The notes beneath the pieces are model-generated. The model was not told the DNA's origin and did no database searches. It saw nothing but the letters and a program-made list of their open reading frames with translations. A stretch of DNA of 64,000 nucleotides from an uncultured Candidatus Saccharibacteria bacterium (GTDB taxonomy: Bacteria; Patescibacteriota; Doudnabacteria; UBA920), in NCBI GenBank assembly GCA_964453405.1, contig CAYVOF010000002.1, positions 10,825 to 74,824 of the forward strand, in the 5' to 3' direction. Positions 47,197-57,439 of this stretch are shown here, one piece after another. Numbering within the stretch: position 1 is the first letter of the stretch; each line of letters begins with the position of its first letter. The translations under genes were made by a program, and so were the position numbers.

Positions 47197-48384
47197 TTAC
47201 TTAGTAATCTTTACAACAACACCAGCACCAACGGTTCGGCCACCTTCACGGATCGCGAACTTACCTTTTTCTTCCAAAGCAATTGGAGTAATAAGCTTAA
47301 TGTTGATGTTTACAGTATCACCAGGCATAACCATTTCTTGGCCTTCTGGCAAGATAACTTCACCGGTTACGTCAGTTGTACGTACGTAGAACTGTGGCTT
47401 ATAACCCTTGAAGAAAGGAGTGTGGCGTCCGCCTTCTTCTTTGTTCAAGATATAAACTTCAGCTTCGAACTCAGTGTGAGGAGTAATAGAACCAGTCTTA
47501 GCCAAAACTTGGCCGCGTTCTACTTCTTCCTTCTTAACACCGCGAAGTAATAGACCAGCGTTGTCACCAGCCATACCCTTGTCCAACTGCTTGTTGAACA
47601 TTTCGATACCAGTTACAACAGTCTTAGAAGTTGGTTTGATACCAACGATTTCGACTTCTTCGTTGATGTTGATCATACCGCGTTCGATACGACCAGTAAC
47701 TACAGTACCACGACCTTCGATTGTGAAGATGTCTTCGATAGGCATCAAGAAAGGTTGGTCAGTAGCACGAGATGGATCAGGGATGAAAGTATCCAAAGCT
47801 TCTACAAGCTTTAAGATAGATGGTTCACCCATATCAGATGTGTCGCCTTCCAAAGCTTTTAATGCACTACCACGGATGATAGGTGTGTCTTTGCCTGGGA
47901 ATTCGTACTTGTTAAGCAAGTCGCGGATTTCTTCTTCTACTAAATCCAAAAGTTCTGGATCAGAAACCATGTCGCACTTGTTCATGTAAACTACGATGTG
48001 AGGTACACCTACCTGACGAGCGAGCAAGATGTGTTCGCGAGTCTGAGGCATAGGACCATCAGTAGCAGATACTACAAGAATAGCACCGTCCATTTGAGCA
48101 GCACCGGTAATCATGTTCTTGATGTAGTCGGCGTGACCAGGACAGTCTACGTGAGCGTAGTGACGAGTTGCAGATTCATATTCTGCGTGAGAGGTATTAA
48201 TTGTAATACCACGAGCTTTTTCTTCTGGAGCGTTGTCGATGCTAGCGTAATCGCGAGCTTTAGCGCCACCAGTTTTAGCTAACACAGTTGTGATAGCTGC
48301 AGTCAAAGTGGTCTTACCATGGTCTACGTGACCGATAGTACCAACGTTGACGTGAGTCTTAGAACGATCAAATTGCTCTGCCAT
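47197..48384 (-). CDS. tuf: Elongation factor Tu
   Basis: [14 protein letters not shown] and NKCD G-motifs; 395 aa. Confidence 0.97.
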   Translation of the reverse strand: MAEQFDRSKTHVNVGTIGHVDHGKTTLTAAITTVLAKTGGAKARDYASIDNAPEEKARGITINTSHAEYESATRHYAHVDCPGHADYIKNMITGAAQMDGAILVVSATDGPMPQTREHILLARQVGVPHIVVYMNKCDMVSDPELLDLVEEEIRDLLNKYEFPGKDTPIIRGSALKALEGDTSDMGEPSILKLVEALDTFIPDPSRATDQPFLMPIEDIFTIEGRGTVVTGRIERGMININEEVEIVGIKPTSKTVVTGIEMFNKQLDKGMAGDNAGLLLRGVKKEEVERGQVLAKTGSITPHTEFEAEVYILNKEEGGRHTPFFKGYKPQFYVRTTDVTGEVILPEGQEMVMPGDTVNINIKLITPIALEEKGKFAIREGGRTVGAGVVVKITK

Positions 48385-48647
48385 TTGATACCTTTCTGTT
48401 CTATAAATTCGGTTCTAGCCCCGAGATACCCTCTCTACTTCCCCTTATCATCCTGATCGGGACTGGCTAGCTAAAGCGGGCTAAAGCTGGCGATTCGGGA
48501 AAGAAGGGAGGGTTTCTCTTTTTTTCGCAAGGAATCCAGGTGACGAGAAAAGAGATTTATAGTTTTTTAATGATTTTAAAATTGGCGACGGAGACGCGCG
48601 CCAATCACAATGTATTGTAAGTGGTTTTGGGTGAGTTTGTCAAGGGT

Positions 48648-48676
48648 TTGACAGCAATAGAAAAGTTGCTTACAAT
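48648..48676 (+). promoter_or_regulatory. Sigma70-type promoter TTGACA-17-TACAAT for the lipoprotein gene
   Basis: Consensus hexamers; an adjacent TTGTCA ... TTGACA inverted repeat overlaps the -35. Confidence 0.5.
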
Positions 48677-48699
48677 ATTGAGTCAATACAGGAGGACAT

Positions 48700-49149
48700 A
48701 TGAATATAACATTTAGACCAGTTTACAAAATTATTGTGCTGATGATCTTGATGCTTTTTGTCGGTTCGGCCACTGGTTGCAAATCGGATGCCAAAATTGC
48801 TGAAGCTAAGGTGGAAAAGGAAATAGAAAGGGAACAAAAGTTAACCCAGCTTAAAACGTACTCAGACGAAACTTGGACAGTAAAGCAAATTAATTTGCAA
48901 AACGATTCTTCTATAACAAATGATAATACATACGCTGTGATTATCGAAAACCCGAAGGGCGAGCGTAGGTATCTCAAGGCTGTAGAATCAAACCGTAGAG
49001 ACTATGGCAAATTACAAAGTTGGATGCTGGCCCACGATGACCAATTAAAATTTGCCATTAATGAATCAGTTTCTGTATTTAATTCTGAAGGTGACTTGCC
49101 CTATCTAATACTCGTGGAGAGAAATGGTAAAGTTATGACTCCTCATTAA
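48700..49149 (+). CDS. Putative lipoprotein (149 aa)
   Basis: Signal peptide with lipobox ATGC; SD AGGAGG. Confidence 0.55.
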   Translation: MNITFRPVYKIIVLMILMLFVGSATGCKSDAKIAEAKVEKEIEREQKLTQLKTYSDETWTVKQINLQNDSSITNDNTYAVIIENPKGERRYLKAVESNRRDYGKLQSWMLAHDDQLKFAINESVSVFNSEGDLPYLILVERNGKVMTPH

Positions 49150-49166
49150 CGAGGAGTTTTTTATTG
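49137..49166 (+). terminator. Rho-independent terminator
   Basis: actcctc attaac gaggagt followed by T6. Confidence 0.6.
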
Positions 49167-49239
49167 ACTAACTTCTTTAAAATCTATACAATTCAAAACC
49201 TAAGATAAACTCTTAGATAAAAATATAAGGAGGTGTAAT

Positions 49240-49479
49240 ATGAATTACCCAATATTCAAACAGCGATGGGTTAAAACCTTGCCTGATGGCAAAGTTGCAG
49301 AAGTGTACTCTATACACCTCACCCCAGAATCAGCAATTGAATTTATCGAACAGCAAAGACTCCAGCCAACATACCCAGAATATATAGCTACTGGTCATCC
49401 CGTGCCAGATATGGTCAACGAAGAAATTTTTAATTACTTAACTACGGCCAAAAATTGGTGGACAGAAGAAGAACATTAA
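49240..49479 (+). CDS. Hypothetical small protein (79 aa)
   Basis: SD AAGGAGG 7 nt upstream; bidirectional terminator hairpin at 49496-49525. Confidence 0.5.
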   Translation: MNYPIFKQRWVKTLPDGKVAEVYSIHLTPESAIEFIEQQRLQPTYPEYIATGHPVPDMVNEEIFNYLTTAKNWWTEEEH

Positions 49480-49525
49480 GTAAATCAGAATTAACAAAAC
49501 GCACCCGTTTGGATGCGTTTTTATT

Positions 49526-50010
49526 TTATATGTCGTCAAAGTTGGGTTTGATTTCTTCGTCCGCTTCTGTTTCGACTAAAGGTTGAGCTAATGGCATACC
49601 AAAACTTGGATCCATTACTTCTTCTCGCAAGTCATATTGAGGTGGCTCTTGTCGGCCGTAGGGTTGGTTGATAAACAAATCTTTGGCGCGTTTAGAAAGA
49701 ATATTTTTTATCGGCGTCGGCATGATTACCGAATGAGGTGCTGTGTTAGGTACATCATCTGCAATAGTTTCTAGATTAATGTTTGTAGTGTCCACGATAT
49801 CGGTGAGCTGGGCTTCTAATATTTCACGGTTAATTTTTTCTGGGTCTGGACCAGTAGGAGTTGAACTTGCTACGCCAGTCAAAACCGTACCACCAGCCAT
49901 GCGCTGATATTCAGCAAAGGACAAAAATACACCCTTCACTTTCCCATCTTCGCCAACAATCATTACTTTTCCATCTTGCCCTGCAAATTGTATTAAATCT
50001 TTAAGGTTCA
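49526..50010 (-). CDS. Hypothetical protein with a Phd/YefM-antitoxin-like N-terminal ~50 aa and an acidic Pro-rich tail
   Basis: An N-terminal pattern (KVMIVGEDGKVKGVFLSFAEYQRM) resembles Phd/YefM. The ATG at 50010 lies 7 nt after a TTGCCA-17-TATAGT promoter, so the mRNA is likely leaderless; the track TTG start is at 50047. Confidence 0.4.
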
Positions 50011-50137
50011 TATTTAATACTATAGTCGGCTCAGTCAATATTGGCAAATAAATATGGGTTAAGCTTGGGATACTTACAAATCGCTTTACAAATCCAAATA
50101 GATTATCTACAAAGTAAAGTCTAAATAAGGAGGAAAA

Positions 50138-50347
50138 ATGGCAAAATATTTTGTTAGTGGTTTAATCACAACTGTTCGTTCTCAAGTTGGTGATGACAAT
50201 AAAAAACATTTTGATCGATTTATAGATTACCCGCTTATCGTTTCGGAAGCTGATTATGCTGACTTTAGAAACGAGCTTGCGGAAAAACTAAACGCACACC
50301 CAACAGATCTTGAAGTCACTAATCTGAATGTTCTTTTCAAAACCTGA
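50138..50347 (+). CDS. Hypothetical small protein (69 aa)
   Basis: SD AAGGAGG; followed by a bidirectional terminator at 50357-50392 shared with fusA. Confidence 0.5.
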   Translation: MAKYFVSGLITTVRSQVGDDNKKHFDRFIDYPLIVSEADYADFRNELAEKLNAHPTDLEVTNLNVLFKT

Positions 50348-50399
50348 CATTACAAAAACCGTCCCCATGTTAGAGACGGTTTTTTTATTTCTATTAAAT

Positions 50400-52529
50400 T
50401 TACTGCATACCCTTACGAACGTTCATGCCCGCACGGGATTCAATAATATTTGCGGCAACATTCTTTGGAACTTCTTCATAGTGATCAAATTCCATGATGC
50501 TGGATGCCTGACCTTGAGTCATAGAACGCAACTGTGTTGCATAACCAAACATTTCGGCTAGCGGTACAAATGCAGTTACAACCTTGCGACCAGTAATATC
50601 TTCCATATCCTGAATCTTAGCGCGCTTAGAGTTTAAGTCACCGATTACATCACCCATGTTAAGTTCTGGCGTAGTAACAACAACTTTCATGACTGGTTCT
50701 AAGATAATAGGATCACCTTTCTTAACAGCTTCTTGTAAACATTTTGAAGCAGCAATTTTGAAGGCCATTTCGGAAGAGTCAACTTCGTGATAGCTACCGT
50801 CGTAAACAGCAGCACTAAAGTCTACTAATGGATAACCGGCAATAACACCGTTTGCGGCAGATTCCTGAATACCTTTATCAATTGGCTTGATGTATTCTTT
50901 TGGAATTACACCACCAACAATTTCGTCTTTAAATTCATAACCCTTACCTGCTTCGAGCGGTTCGACACGCAAGTAAACGTGACCATATTGACCGCGTCCA
51001 CCAGACTGACGAATATACTTAACTTCGGCAGTAGCCATTTTCTTAAAGCTTTCTTTGTAAGCAACTTCTGGTTTACCGACGTTAGCCTCGACTTTGAATT
51101 CGCGCTTCATACGGTCTACCAAAATTTCTAAGTGCAATTCACCCATACCAGCAATAATTGTTTGCTGAGTTTCGTCGTTAGTAGAAACTTTAAAGGTTGG
51201 ATCTTCTTCTGCAAGTTTTTGCATCGCAATACCCATTTTTTCTTGATCAGCTTTGGTCTTAGGTTCGATCGCCATGCTGATAACTGGTTCTGCGAATTTA
51301 ATCTTTTCTAATTCGATTGGAGAAGATTCAGCACAAAGAGTATCAGCAGTGATAGTGTCTTTTGGACCTACCAACGCGCAGATGTCTCCAGCAAATACTT
51401 CTTTAACTTCGTCACGTTGATCAGCGCGCATACGTACGATACGACCAACGCGTTCTTTGTTACCGCTACGAGCGTTAAGTACGTAAGAACCGGCTTCCAA
51501 TTTACCAGAGTAAACCCGGAAGAAAGCTAAACGTCCAACGAAAGGATCAGTTGCAATTTTAAATGCCAAAGCAGTAAATGGTTCGTCATCAGTTGGATGA
51601 CGAAGTAGTTCTTCACCAGTTTTTGGGTTATGACCTTTAACTGGTTCTTTGTCGGTTGGAGATGGCAAGAAGTTAGCAACACCGTCTAATAATGTACGCA
51701 CAATGATCCCGCGACCGTCACCACCGAATACTGGGAAGAATTCACCAGAGCGAGTAGCTTTGCGAATCGCTAGCAATAATTCTTCTTCGGTAAGTTCTTT
51801 ACCTTCTAAATATTTTTCCATTAACTGATCGTCGAATTCAACAACTTTTTCAATCAATTCGTGGCGGTACTTTTCACACTTTTCTTTTAAGTCCGCTGGT
51901 ACTTCACCGATGGTAAATTCTTTGTCAGTAAAATCTTTGTAGGTATAGGACTTCATTTGAACAAGGTCAACAACACCAACAATGTCTTTTTCAAATCCAA
52001 TTGGAATTTGAACAGGAAAAGCATTCTTAGTTAAACGGTTGTGAATTGATTCAAGCGATTTAAAGAAGTCACCACCGGTTTGGTTGATTTTGTTAATGAA
52101 GCACATGCGTGGTACGCCGTACTTGTCGGCTTGGCGCCACACAGTTTCGGACTGAGGTTCTACACCCATTTTTCCGTCGAACACGGTAACTGCGCCGTCG
52201 AGTACGCGCAAAGAGCGCTCTACTTCTACGGTAAAGTCTACGTGACCTGGAGTGTCGATAATGTTAATTTTGTATTCTGGAAGTTCGTCCGCTAACTTAA
52301 CGTACTGAGGCTTCCAATAACAAGTTACAGCCGCGGATGTAATTGTAATACCGCGTTCGCGTTCTTGTTCCATCCAGTCGGTCACAGTTTCACCTTCGTG
52401 AACCGCACCGATCTTGTGGATCATACCGGTGTTGTACAAGATACCTTCGGTAGTTGTAGTTTTACCAGCGTCGATGTGAGCGATAATCCCGATATTACGG
52501 GTCGCTTCTATTTGATAATCTCTGGGCAT
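50400..52529 (-). CDS. fusA: Elongation factor G
   Basis: AHIDAGKTT and DTPGHVDF G-motifs; 709 aa. Confidence 0.97.
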   Translation of the reverse strand: MPRDYQIEATRNIGIIAHIDAGKTTTTEGILYNTGMIHKIGAVHEGETVTDWMEQERERGITITSAAVTCYWKPQYVKLADELPEYKINIIDTPGHVDFTVEVERSLRVLDGAVTVFDGKMGVEPQSETVWRQADKYGVPRMCFINKINQTGGDFFKSLESIHNRLTKNAFPVQIPIGFEKDIVGVVDLVQMKSYTYKDFTDKEFTIGEVPADLKEKCEKYRHELIEKVVEFDDQLMEKYLEGKELTEEELLLAIRKATRSGEFFPVFGGDGRGIIVRTLLDGVANFLPSPTDKEPVKGHNPKTGEELLRHPTDDEPFTALAFKIATDPFVGRLAFFRVYSGKLEAGSYVLNARSGNKERVGRIVRMRADQRDEVKEVFAGDICALVGPKDTITADTLCAESSPIELEKIKFAEPVISMAIEPKTKADQEKMGIAMQKLAEEDPTFKVSTNDETQQTIIAGMGELHLEILVDRMKREFKVEANVGKPEVAYKESFKKMATAEVKYIRQSGGRGQYGHVYLRVEPLEAGKGYEFKDEIVGGVIPKEYIKPIDKGIQESAANGVIAGYPLVDFSAAVYDGSYHEVDSSEMAFKIAASKCLQEAVKKGDPIILEPVMKVVVTTPELNMGDVIGDLNSKRAKIQDMEDITGRKVVTAFVPLAEMFGYATQLRSMTQGQASSIMEFDHYEEVPKNVAANIIESRAGMNVRKGMQ

Positions 52530-52574
52530 AATTTAATGGTTAATTTATAGTGTTTTTGGGTTTTTGTTCAATAC

Positions 52575-52603
52575 TTGACAATTTTATAATTATATGATAT
52601 AAT
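52575..52603 (+). promoter_or_regulatory. Perfect consensus sigma70 promoter TTGACA-17-TATAAT
   Basis: Seen directly in the sequence; it drives the small + strand gene lying antisense to the str operon. Confidence 0.6.
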
Positions 52604-52630
52604 GTAGTCAAACTGAGTTGGAGGAACTTT

Positions 52631-52828
52631 ATGAAAGCTAAAAATGTTGTTGGAATAATTCTGATCATTCTTGGAATAATTACCATTCTGTTCGGCCTTA
52701 TCGAAACAAACTGGTTGAGTATGTGGGAACTAGTTACACAAAGATTCGTTACCGGGTGGAAATTAATCCTTAGCATCATTATTGGTTGTATTCTTATACT
52801 GTCAGGTCGATATCTTCGACAGAGGTAA
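52631..52828 (+). CDS. Small hydrophobic two-TM protein (65 aa) encoded antisense between rpsG and fusA
   Basis: Consensus promoter, SD GGAGG 6 nt from the ATG, and terminator hairpin gatccgcc...ggcggat plus T-run at 52856-52890. Confidence 0.55.
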   Translation: MKAKNVVGIILIILGIITILFGLIETNWLSMWELVTQRFVTGWKLILSIIIGCILILSGRYLRQR

Positions 52829-52890
52829 AAGAATTACAACAGTTTGGGATCCGCCTAGTTTTACTGGCGGATTTTTTATTTCCCTGTTCC

Positions 52891-53403
52891 CTACTTACGC
52901 TTCGCACCGAATCTTGCAAAGTGAGCGAAAGCTTTGTTGGCTTCGGCCATACGGTGAGTGTCTTCACGCTTCTTTACTGCAGCACCGGTCTTGTTAAATG
53001 CATCAACAACTTCCTGTGCTAACTTAGTAGCCATAGGCGCACCTTTGCGGGCGCGTGCGGCTGCGATCATCCATTTCATTCCAAGTGCAGTGCGGCGAGG
53101 TTCTTGAACTTCCATTGGTACCTGATAGTTAGAACCACCAATACGGCGACCTTTAATTTCCATAATTGGGCAAACATTTTTTAAAGCGATGTCAAAAATT
53201 TGACGAGCGTCGGTAACTTCGGCATCTTTGTTTGCCTTCATCTTTTCTTCAACAATATCTAATGCAGAATAAAAGATTTTTTGCGAAACAGTTTTCTTAC
53301 CGCGTTCCATCAAATAGTTAATGAACTTAGCGTACTTTACACTGCTAAATTTTGGATCTGGTTCTGGAGTGTGTTTTTCGTAACTACGTGCTCTTCGTGG
53401 CAT
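52891..53403 (-). CDS. rpsG: 30S ribosomal protein S7
   Basis: MPRRARSYEK start and conserved S7 core. Confidence 0.92.
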   Translation of the reverse strand: MPRRARSYEKHTPEPDPKFSSVKYAKFINYLMERGKKTVSQKIFYSALDIVEEKMKANKDAEVTDARQIFDIALKNVCPIMEIKGRRIGGSNYQVPMEVQEPRRTALGMKWMIAAARARKGAPMATKLAQEVVDAFNKTGAAVKKREDTHRMAEANKAFAHFARFGAKRK

Positions 53404-53451
53404 GTGAGTTTTTCCTTTCTATAATTTCTATGGCGCGAGCCATAAATAAAT

Positions 53452-53877
53452 TTAAGCAGCGGCAGATGGACGCTTGGTTCCATACTTACTGCGAGAGCGT
53501 TTTCGACCGTCAACGCCTAAAGTGTCGAGCTTACCTCGAACAATGTGATAACGAACACCAGGTAAATCTTTTACACGACCACCACGGATCATGACTACAC
53601 TGTGTTCCTGCAAGTTATGACCAACTCCTGGAATGTAAGCAAGAACTTCCATACCGTTAGTTAATTTAACTTTTGCAATCTTACGTAAAGCCGAGTTTGG
53701 CTTTTTTGGTGTAGAAGTATACACCTTGAGACATACACCACGCATAAATGGCGCGCCAGTTTTGATGAACAAAGTTTTGTTCTTGATCAAGTTTTGGCGA
53801 CGCTGTAATGCCGGTGATGCACTTTTCGTGGTAAGAGGCTTACGCGCCTTACGCACCAATTGGTTAATTGTTGGCAT
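53452..53877 (-). CDS. rpsL: 30S ribosomal protein S12
   Basis: [12 protein letters not shown] start and [10 protein letters not shown] motif. Confidence 0.95.
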   Translation of the reverse strand: MPTINQLVRKARKPLTTKSASPALQRRQNLIKNKTLFIKTGAPFMRGVCLKVYTSTPKKPNSALRKIAKVKLTNGMEVLAYIPGVGHNLQEHSVVMIRGGRVKDLPGVRYHIVRGKLDTLGVDGRKRSRSKYGTKRPSAAA

Positions 53878-53892
53878 CTATTGATGACCTTT

Positions 53893-53947
53893 CTTTAATT
53901 GCTGGGGGCACTCGCGCTGCGCATGTTACGCCGCGCGCCCAATTAAT
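53893..53947. repeat. Possible additional GC-rich palindromic element (copy D) in the rpsL leader
   Basis: 7-bp AT-rich arms (ttaattg / caattaa) around the GC-rich hairpin gggcactcgcgc...gcgcgccc. Confidence 0.35.
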
Positions 53948-54175
53948 TTACAAAATAAAAACAGGCATAGAGCCAGTCTCTATAGTTCGCTATTTTGGTA
54001 CTCTGACGAAGCCTGTGCCAGTTGTTTCCCAATTTAGCGGCAAATGTGCCAGTAATTCCTTAAGTTAGGGGCTTCTAATGAATTGTGTTCAGATTATATC
54101 AATAATTGTATATTTGGTCAAATATTGACAGGGCACGATAAAAAATGACAGAATCTAATTTCAAAGGAGGAAAAT

Positions 54176-54913
54176 ATGTCACAACTACTAAGTCTGGACG
54201 ATCCAGAAGTAATTAAGGTAAAAAGAATTTTTGAAGCAAATAAAATTAGCTACAACAGAGGTGATCATAAAGGAGTTTTGACCTTTGATGAATTATTCAC
54301 TTTATTCTCAGATCCCGCTAACACTTTTGCCAAAATTGGTAAACTCGATAAAACATGTAAACAAAATATGAGTGTTAAGTACGCTACGTATTTTGCTCCC
54401 TTGTTCCCGATAGATTTAGAAACGGGAATGGGACGGAGAAAAGCTGCCAGACAACTAAGATGGCAAAATAATTTCCACCCCGAAAGCCCTGCAGGATTAT
54501 TAGCTAACTTGATTAAGGAAAAGCAGATACAGCTTAATGTAAATGGGATATCCCAAGCTTCTGGACCCGCTAAACCAATGTGGCACTATGTCAAGATTAA
54601 TGACAATCTCATCTTTGTCGCCATATGTAAACAGTCTACCCCTCAACCGCACACCATTAGAAAGTATTTTAGATTCTCTCTAAGTAATAAGACTTTAGCA
54701 AAGGTTGAATTCGTTTGCTTTATCACCATGTGTTCGTCAGGTCCAGACGTATATATTCTTTCGAAAAAAGATTTCAGTCATCACAACAGTCGTAGCAATG
54801 TTTACTACATTCCTGACCCAGAAAGTCCGAAAATCGGTTATGGGGCCAACCCTATAATTAATTGGGGGTTCCATAAAAATAACTGGGCACTATTAGACCA
54901 AAACGCGAAATAA
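54176..54913 (+). CDS. Hypothetical protein (245 aa)
   Basis: SD AGGAGG 7 nt upstream; terminator cgcgaaataacttcgcg plus T-run at 54905-54932. Confidence 0.5.
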   Translation: MSQLLSLDDPEVIKVKRIFEANKISYNRGDHKGVLTFDELFTLFSDPANTFAKIGKLDKTCKQNMSVKYATYFAPLFPIDLETGMGRRKAARQLRWQNNFHPESPAGLLANLIKEKQIQLNVNGISQASGPAKPMWHYVKINDNLIFVAICKQSTPQPHTIRKYFRFSLSNKTLAKVEFVCFITMCSSGPDVYILSKKDFSHHNSRSNVYYIPDPESPKIGYGANPIINWGFHKNNWALLDQNAK

Positions 54914-54977
54914 CTTCGCGTTTTTTATTTTGATATTTTAACAGCTTTTCACCTATTTTCAGCCTTTTTATAGCCTA

Positions 54978-55006
54978 TTGACAAAAACTGTATTATATGC
55001 TATAAT
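54978..55006 (+). promoter_or_regulatory. Perfect consensus sigma70 promoter TTGACA-17-TATAAT
   Basis: It lies about 245 nt upstream of the GTG start of the GC-rich gene and just outside the left inverted repeat. Confidence 0.55.
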
Positions 55007-55065
55007 TAGCAATTAAATCTTATAGCGGCTGTTTAGTTATCTAGCCAGTCGCTTAGATCTAACGC

Positions 55066-55087
55066 TTGTACATTTACAAAAAGCAGA
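55066..55087. repeat. Left 18-20 bp inverted repeat flanking the GC-rich cargo gene
   Basis: tacatttacaaaaagcag is nearly identical to the reverse complement of 56079-56100 (catatttacaaaaaagcag). Confidence 0.55.
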
Positions 55088-55252
55088 GATTGTCTCGCTA
55101 ATTAAGTCCCCCAGCAAAAACCGTAACATATTTATTTAGTACGAACTTTTACTGAGGGCTTAAACTAGCGAGGCAACTCGTGAAATTTTTTGGCACCGGC
55201 CCCAGGCCACTGTCAATTCGTTACTCACTTCAGAATATAGGAGATAAAAAAG

Positions 55253-56073
55253 TGAAAATACCTTTCGAAATTTGTATTAAAGCGAGCGAATTCTTTAACC
55301 ACATGGCAATCGGTCTCAAGGGCAAGTTTTGCCCATTCGACGATGGTCAACATTGGCCCGAGCTCACGATCAGCCACACAAAAGACGGCAAGATCGAAAT
55401 TTCAAACGATCGAAACGGCCTAATAACGATGAACCAGGATGATACACTCAACGTGAATCAGAAAGGACACATCGGCTTAATCTTCGGACCAGCCCGCTTC
55501 GGTAAAAATCGCGTTAAGGCAGCAATCGCAGCAACCTCACTACTCAGCCGGGATGTTGAATTCAATAATACCGATGTGTTCATCCCTATGAATGGACACT
55601 ATGTAATCGTGTTTGACGCTAACAAGCCTGACGGTCAGCATGAGCAAAGAATCAACGAAGTCGGCACAGTCGTCCAAGGACACGACGCTGTAATTCTCTT
55701 CGACCGAAACGACAACCCGGTTAAGGCTTGGCTTCGGAACGACGCGCAAACCACACTCGCCTTTTTGGCCAGCTGTGCAAAACGCAAACCGTCAGGAGCG
55801 ATGCAAATCTTCTTTGACCGCGGCCTCGAAGCATTCAATGCTACCGTAGCGGCGAATGCGCTCAAGAGCCAGCGTAATACAGAGCTGGAAGCGCTGACCA
55901 AGAAGCTCGAAGTCAACAAACCAGTCAAGGTCATGGTCGGCAACAAAAAATTCGTCGTCAGTTGGCGCAAAGTCAACCGCGGCGAAATGGTCAGCGCAAA
56001 ACGAGCTGATCTCAGAACCCTGTACGATACGGGTGTTCTCCACGAGATCGTCGCCCAGGTTTCGACTCATTAA
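55253..56073 (+). CDS. Hypothetical protein encoded in a roughly 50% GC segment, likely horizontally acquired
   Basis: GTG start with SD AGGAG 9 nt upstream. The track ATG at 55180 lacks an SD. No recognisable motif. Confidence 0.5.
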
Positions 56074-56076
56074 TTT

Positions 56077-56100
56077 CACACTGCTTTTTTGTAAATATGC
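56077..56100. repeat. Right inverted repeat flanking the GC-rich cargo gene
   Basis: Reverse complement of the 55066-55087 repeat with one mismatch and one indel; it sits between the stop codon and the terminator. Confidence 0.55.
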
Positions 56101-56135
56101 CCCGACGTTTGTAATGAACGTCGGGCTTTTTTTAT
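56099..56135 (+). terminator. Rho-independent terminator
   Basis: gccccgacgtt ... aacgtcgggc followed by T7. Confidence 0.7.
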
Positions 56136-56145
56136 TTCAAAATTT

Positions 56146-56751
56146 TTAAAAACTGATTCCGAATAGTCTAAAAAATAAGGTAACGACTGGAGATAAAATT
56201 TTATCCAATATCCCTAAAAATAAGAAAATTACCACAATCATGAATCCATAGCGCTCCATTTCGAGCAGTTTGTACATAATATTATACGGCAGCATCGAAG
56301 CCAAAAGTTTACTGCCATCCAACGGCGGGATAGGTAGAATATTAAATACAGCTAACACTAAATTTATTTTCACAGCGTACAACCAAATATCCGCCACCAC
56401 ACCAGAAACCAATCCAAATTTAACTGGTAATATAAAAAGAACGGCCAATACCAAATTACTTAGTGGTCCAGCCAAGGATACCAAGGCCATCCCCCATCGT
56501 TTAGGATGAAGATTATTAAAATTAACAGGTACAGGCTTAGCTGCTCCAAATACAATCGGACTACCAACCGCTAGTAATAATCCGGGTAACAAAATAGAAC
56601 CAAACGGATCAATATGCGGAATTGGATTGAGGGTTATTCGGCCTTCGTCACGGGCAGTGCTATCCCCTAACTTTTCGGCCATTAATCCATGACTAACTTC
56701 GTGCACAATTGCAGAGAACAATAATATAACTAATGTAATTAAGATTTCCAT
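56146..56751 (-). CDS. Site-2 protease family (peptidase M50) intramembrane metalloprotease
   Basis: HEVSHG (HExxH) inside a TM helix; polytopic. Confidence 0.7.
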   Translation of the reverse strand: MEILITLVILLFSAIVHEVSHGLMAEKLGDSTARDEGRITLNPIPHIDPFGSILLPGLLLAVGSPIVFGAAKPVPVNFNNLHPKRWGMALVSLAGPLSNLVLAVLFILPVKFGLVSGVVADIWLYAVKINLVLAVFNILPIPPLDGSKLLASMLPYNIMYKLLEMERYGFMIVVIFLFLGILDKILSPVVTLFFRLFGISF

Positions 56752-56788
56752 ACTGATATTTTAGCATAAATAAAAAAGCCTTGAATGT

Positions 56789-57364
56789 TCAAGGCTTATC
56801 ATCAAAGTCCAAACCAAGATCACCTTGGTTAACTTCTTTGGAAATAAATACCATAATTTGTTCGTATGTTCCAAGCTTTGCATCTAGCTTAGTAATAACT
56901 TCACGAGAGTCATTTTCAATTAGAGCTTGATCTTTCTTGGAAAAACTTAGAGTCAGTGGTTTTAAATAAACATTGCCCGAAAAAATTACACCTGGACAGA
57001 ACTTAACTTTACCAGATAAAACAACTGTTTCGATTACATTGTTTGGTTCTGTTAATTTGGTGTATTCAATCTTGACGTCGCCAGCTTGCAAAGTAGTAAT
57101 AGTTGTATCGCCGTCTACAAACCAATGGTCAAGAACTTTCAAATTTTTACTTACATCACTGAATATAAGATCAGGTGTAACCTGACCAGCCAATTTGATT
57201 CTTTGGGTTTGTAAAGAAAAAAAATCAATGACTGTGTAAAATAACAGACCCAATAATAAAGTTATCGCCAAGAGCAATGCGTAATCGTAGACATCAAACG
57301 AAGCAAAATTCATAATACCTCCTGTACTTTGGAGTATTATAGATAAAAACCTTCGTTTAGTCAA
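56789..57364 (-). CDS. Hypothetical membrane-anchored protein (191 aa)
   Basis: N-terminal TM; no recognisable motif. Confidence 0.45.
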   Translation of the reverse strand: MTKRRFLSIILQSTGGIMNFASFDVYDYALLLAITLLLGLLFYTVIDFFSLQTQRIKLAGQVTPDLIFSDVSKNLKVLDHWFVDGDTTITTLQAGDVKIEYTKLTEPNNVIETVVLSGKVKFCPGVIFSGNVYLKPLTLSFSKKDQALIENDSREVITKLDAKLGTYEQIMVFISKEVNQGDLGLDFDDKP

Positions 57365-57380
57365 GAATAAGACCGGACTC

Positions 57381-57409
57381 TTGCCAAATTTCTAATAAAA
57401 GTGTATACT
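57381..57409 (+). promoter_or_regulatory. Promoter TTGCCA-17-TATACT for rpmB
   Basis: Hexamers with a 17-nt spacer about 30 nt upstream of the ATG. Confidence 0.4.
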
Positions 57410-57439
57410 AGCTAAGTATCTAATTTAACTATCAAATTT

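Noticed and set aside
48385-48647. Possible tRNA or structured RNA upstream of tuf
   Set aside because: I scanned both strands for T-loop (GTTCRANYC) and acceptor pairing and found no cloverleaf. The region is GC-enriched with a poly-T but has no recognisable RNA gene. Flagged for an Infernal scan but not called.
52540-52779. Minus-strand 79-aa ORF overlapping the 65-aa + strand gene between rpsG and fusA
   Set aside because: It has no promoter or SD. The + strand ORF has a consensus promoter, SD and terminator, so the minus-strand frame is taken as spurious.
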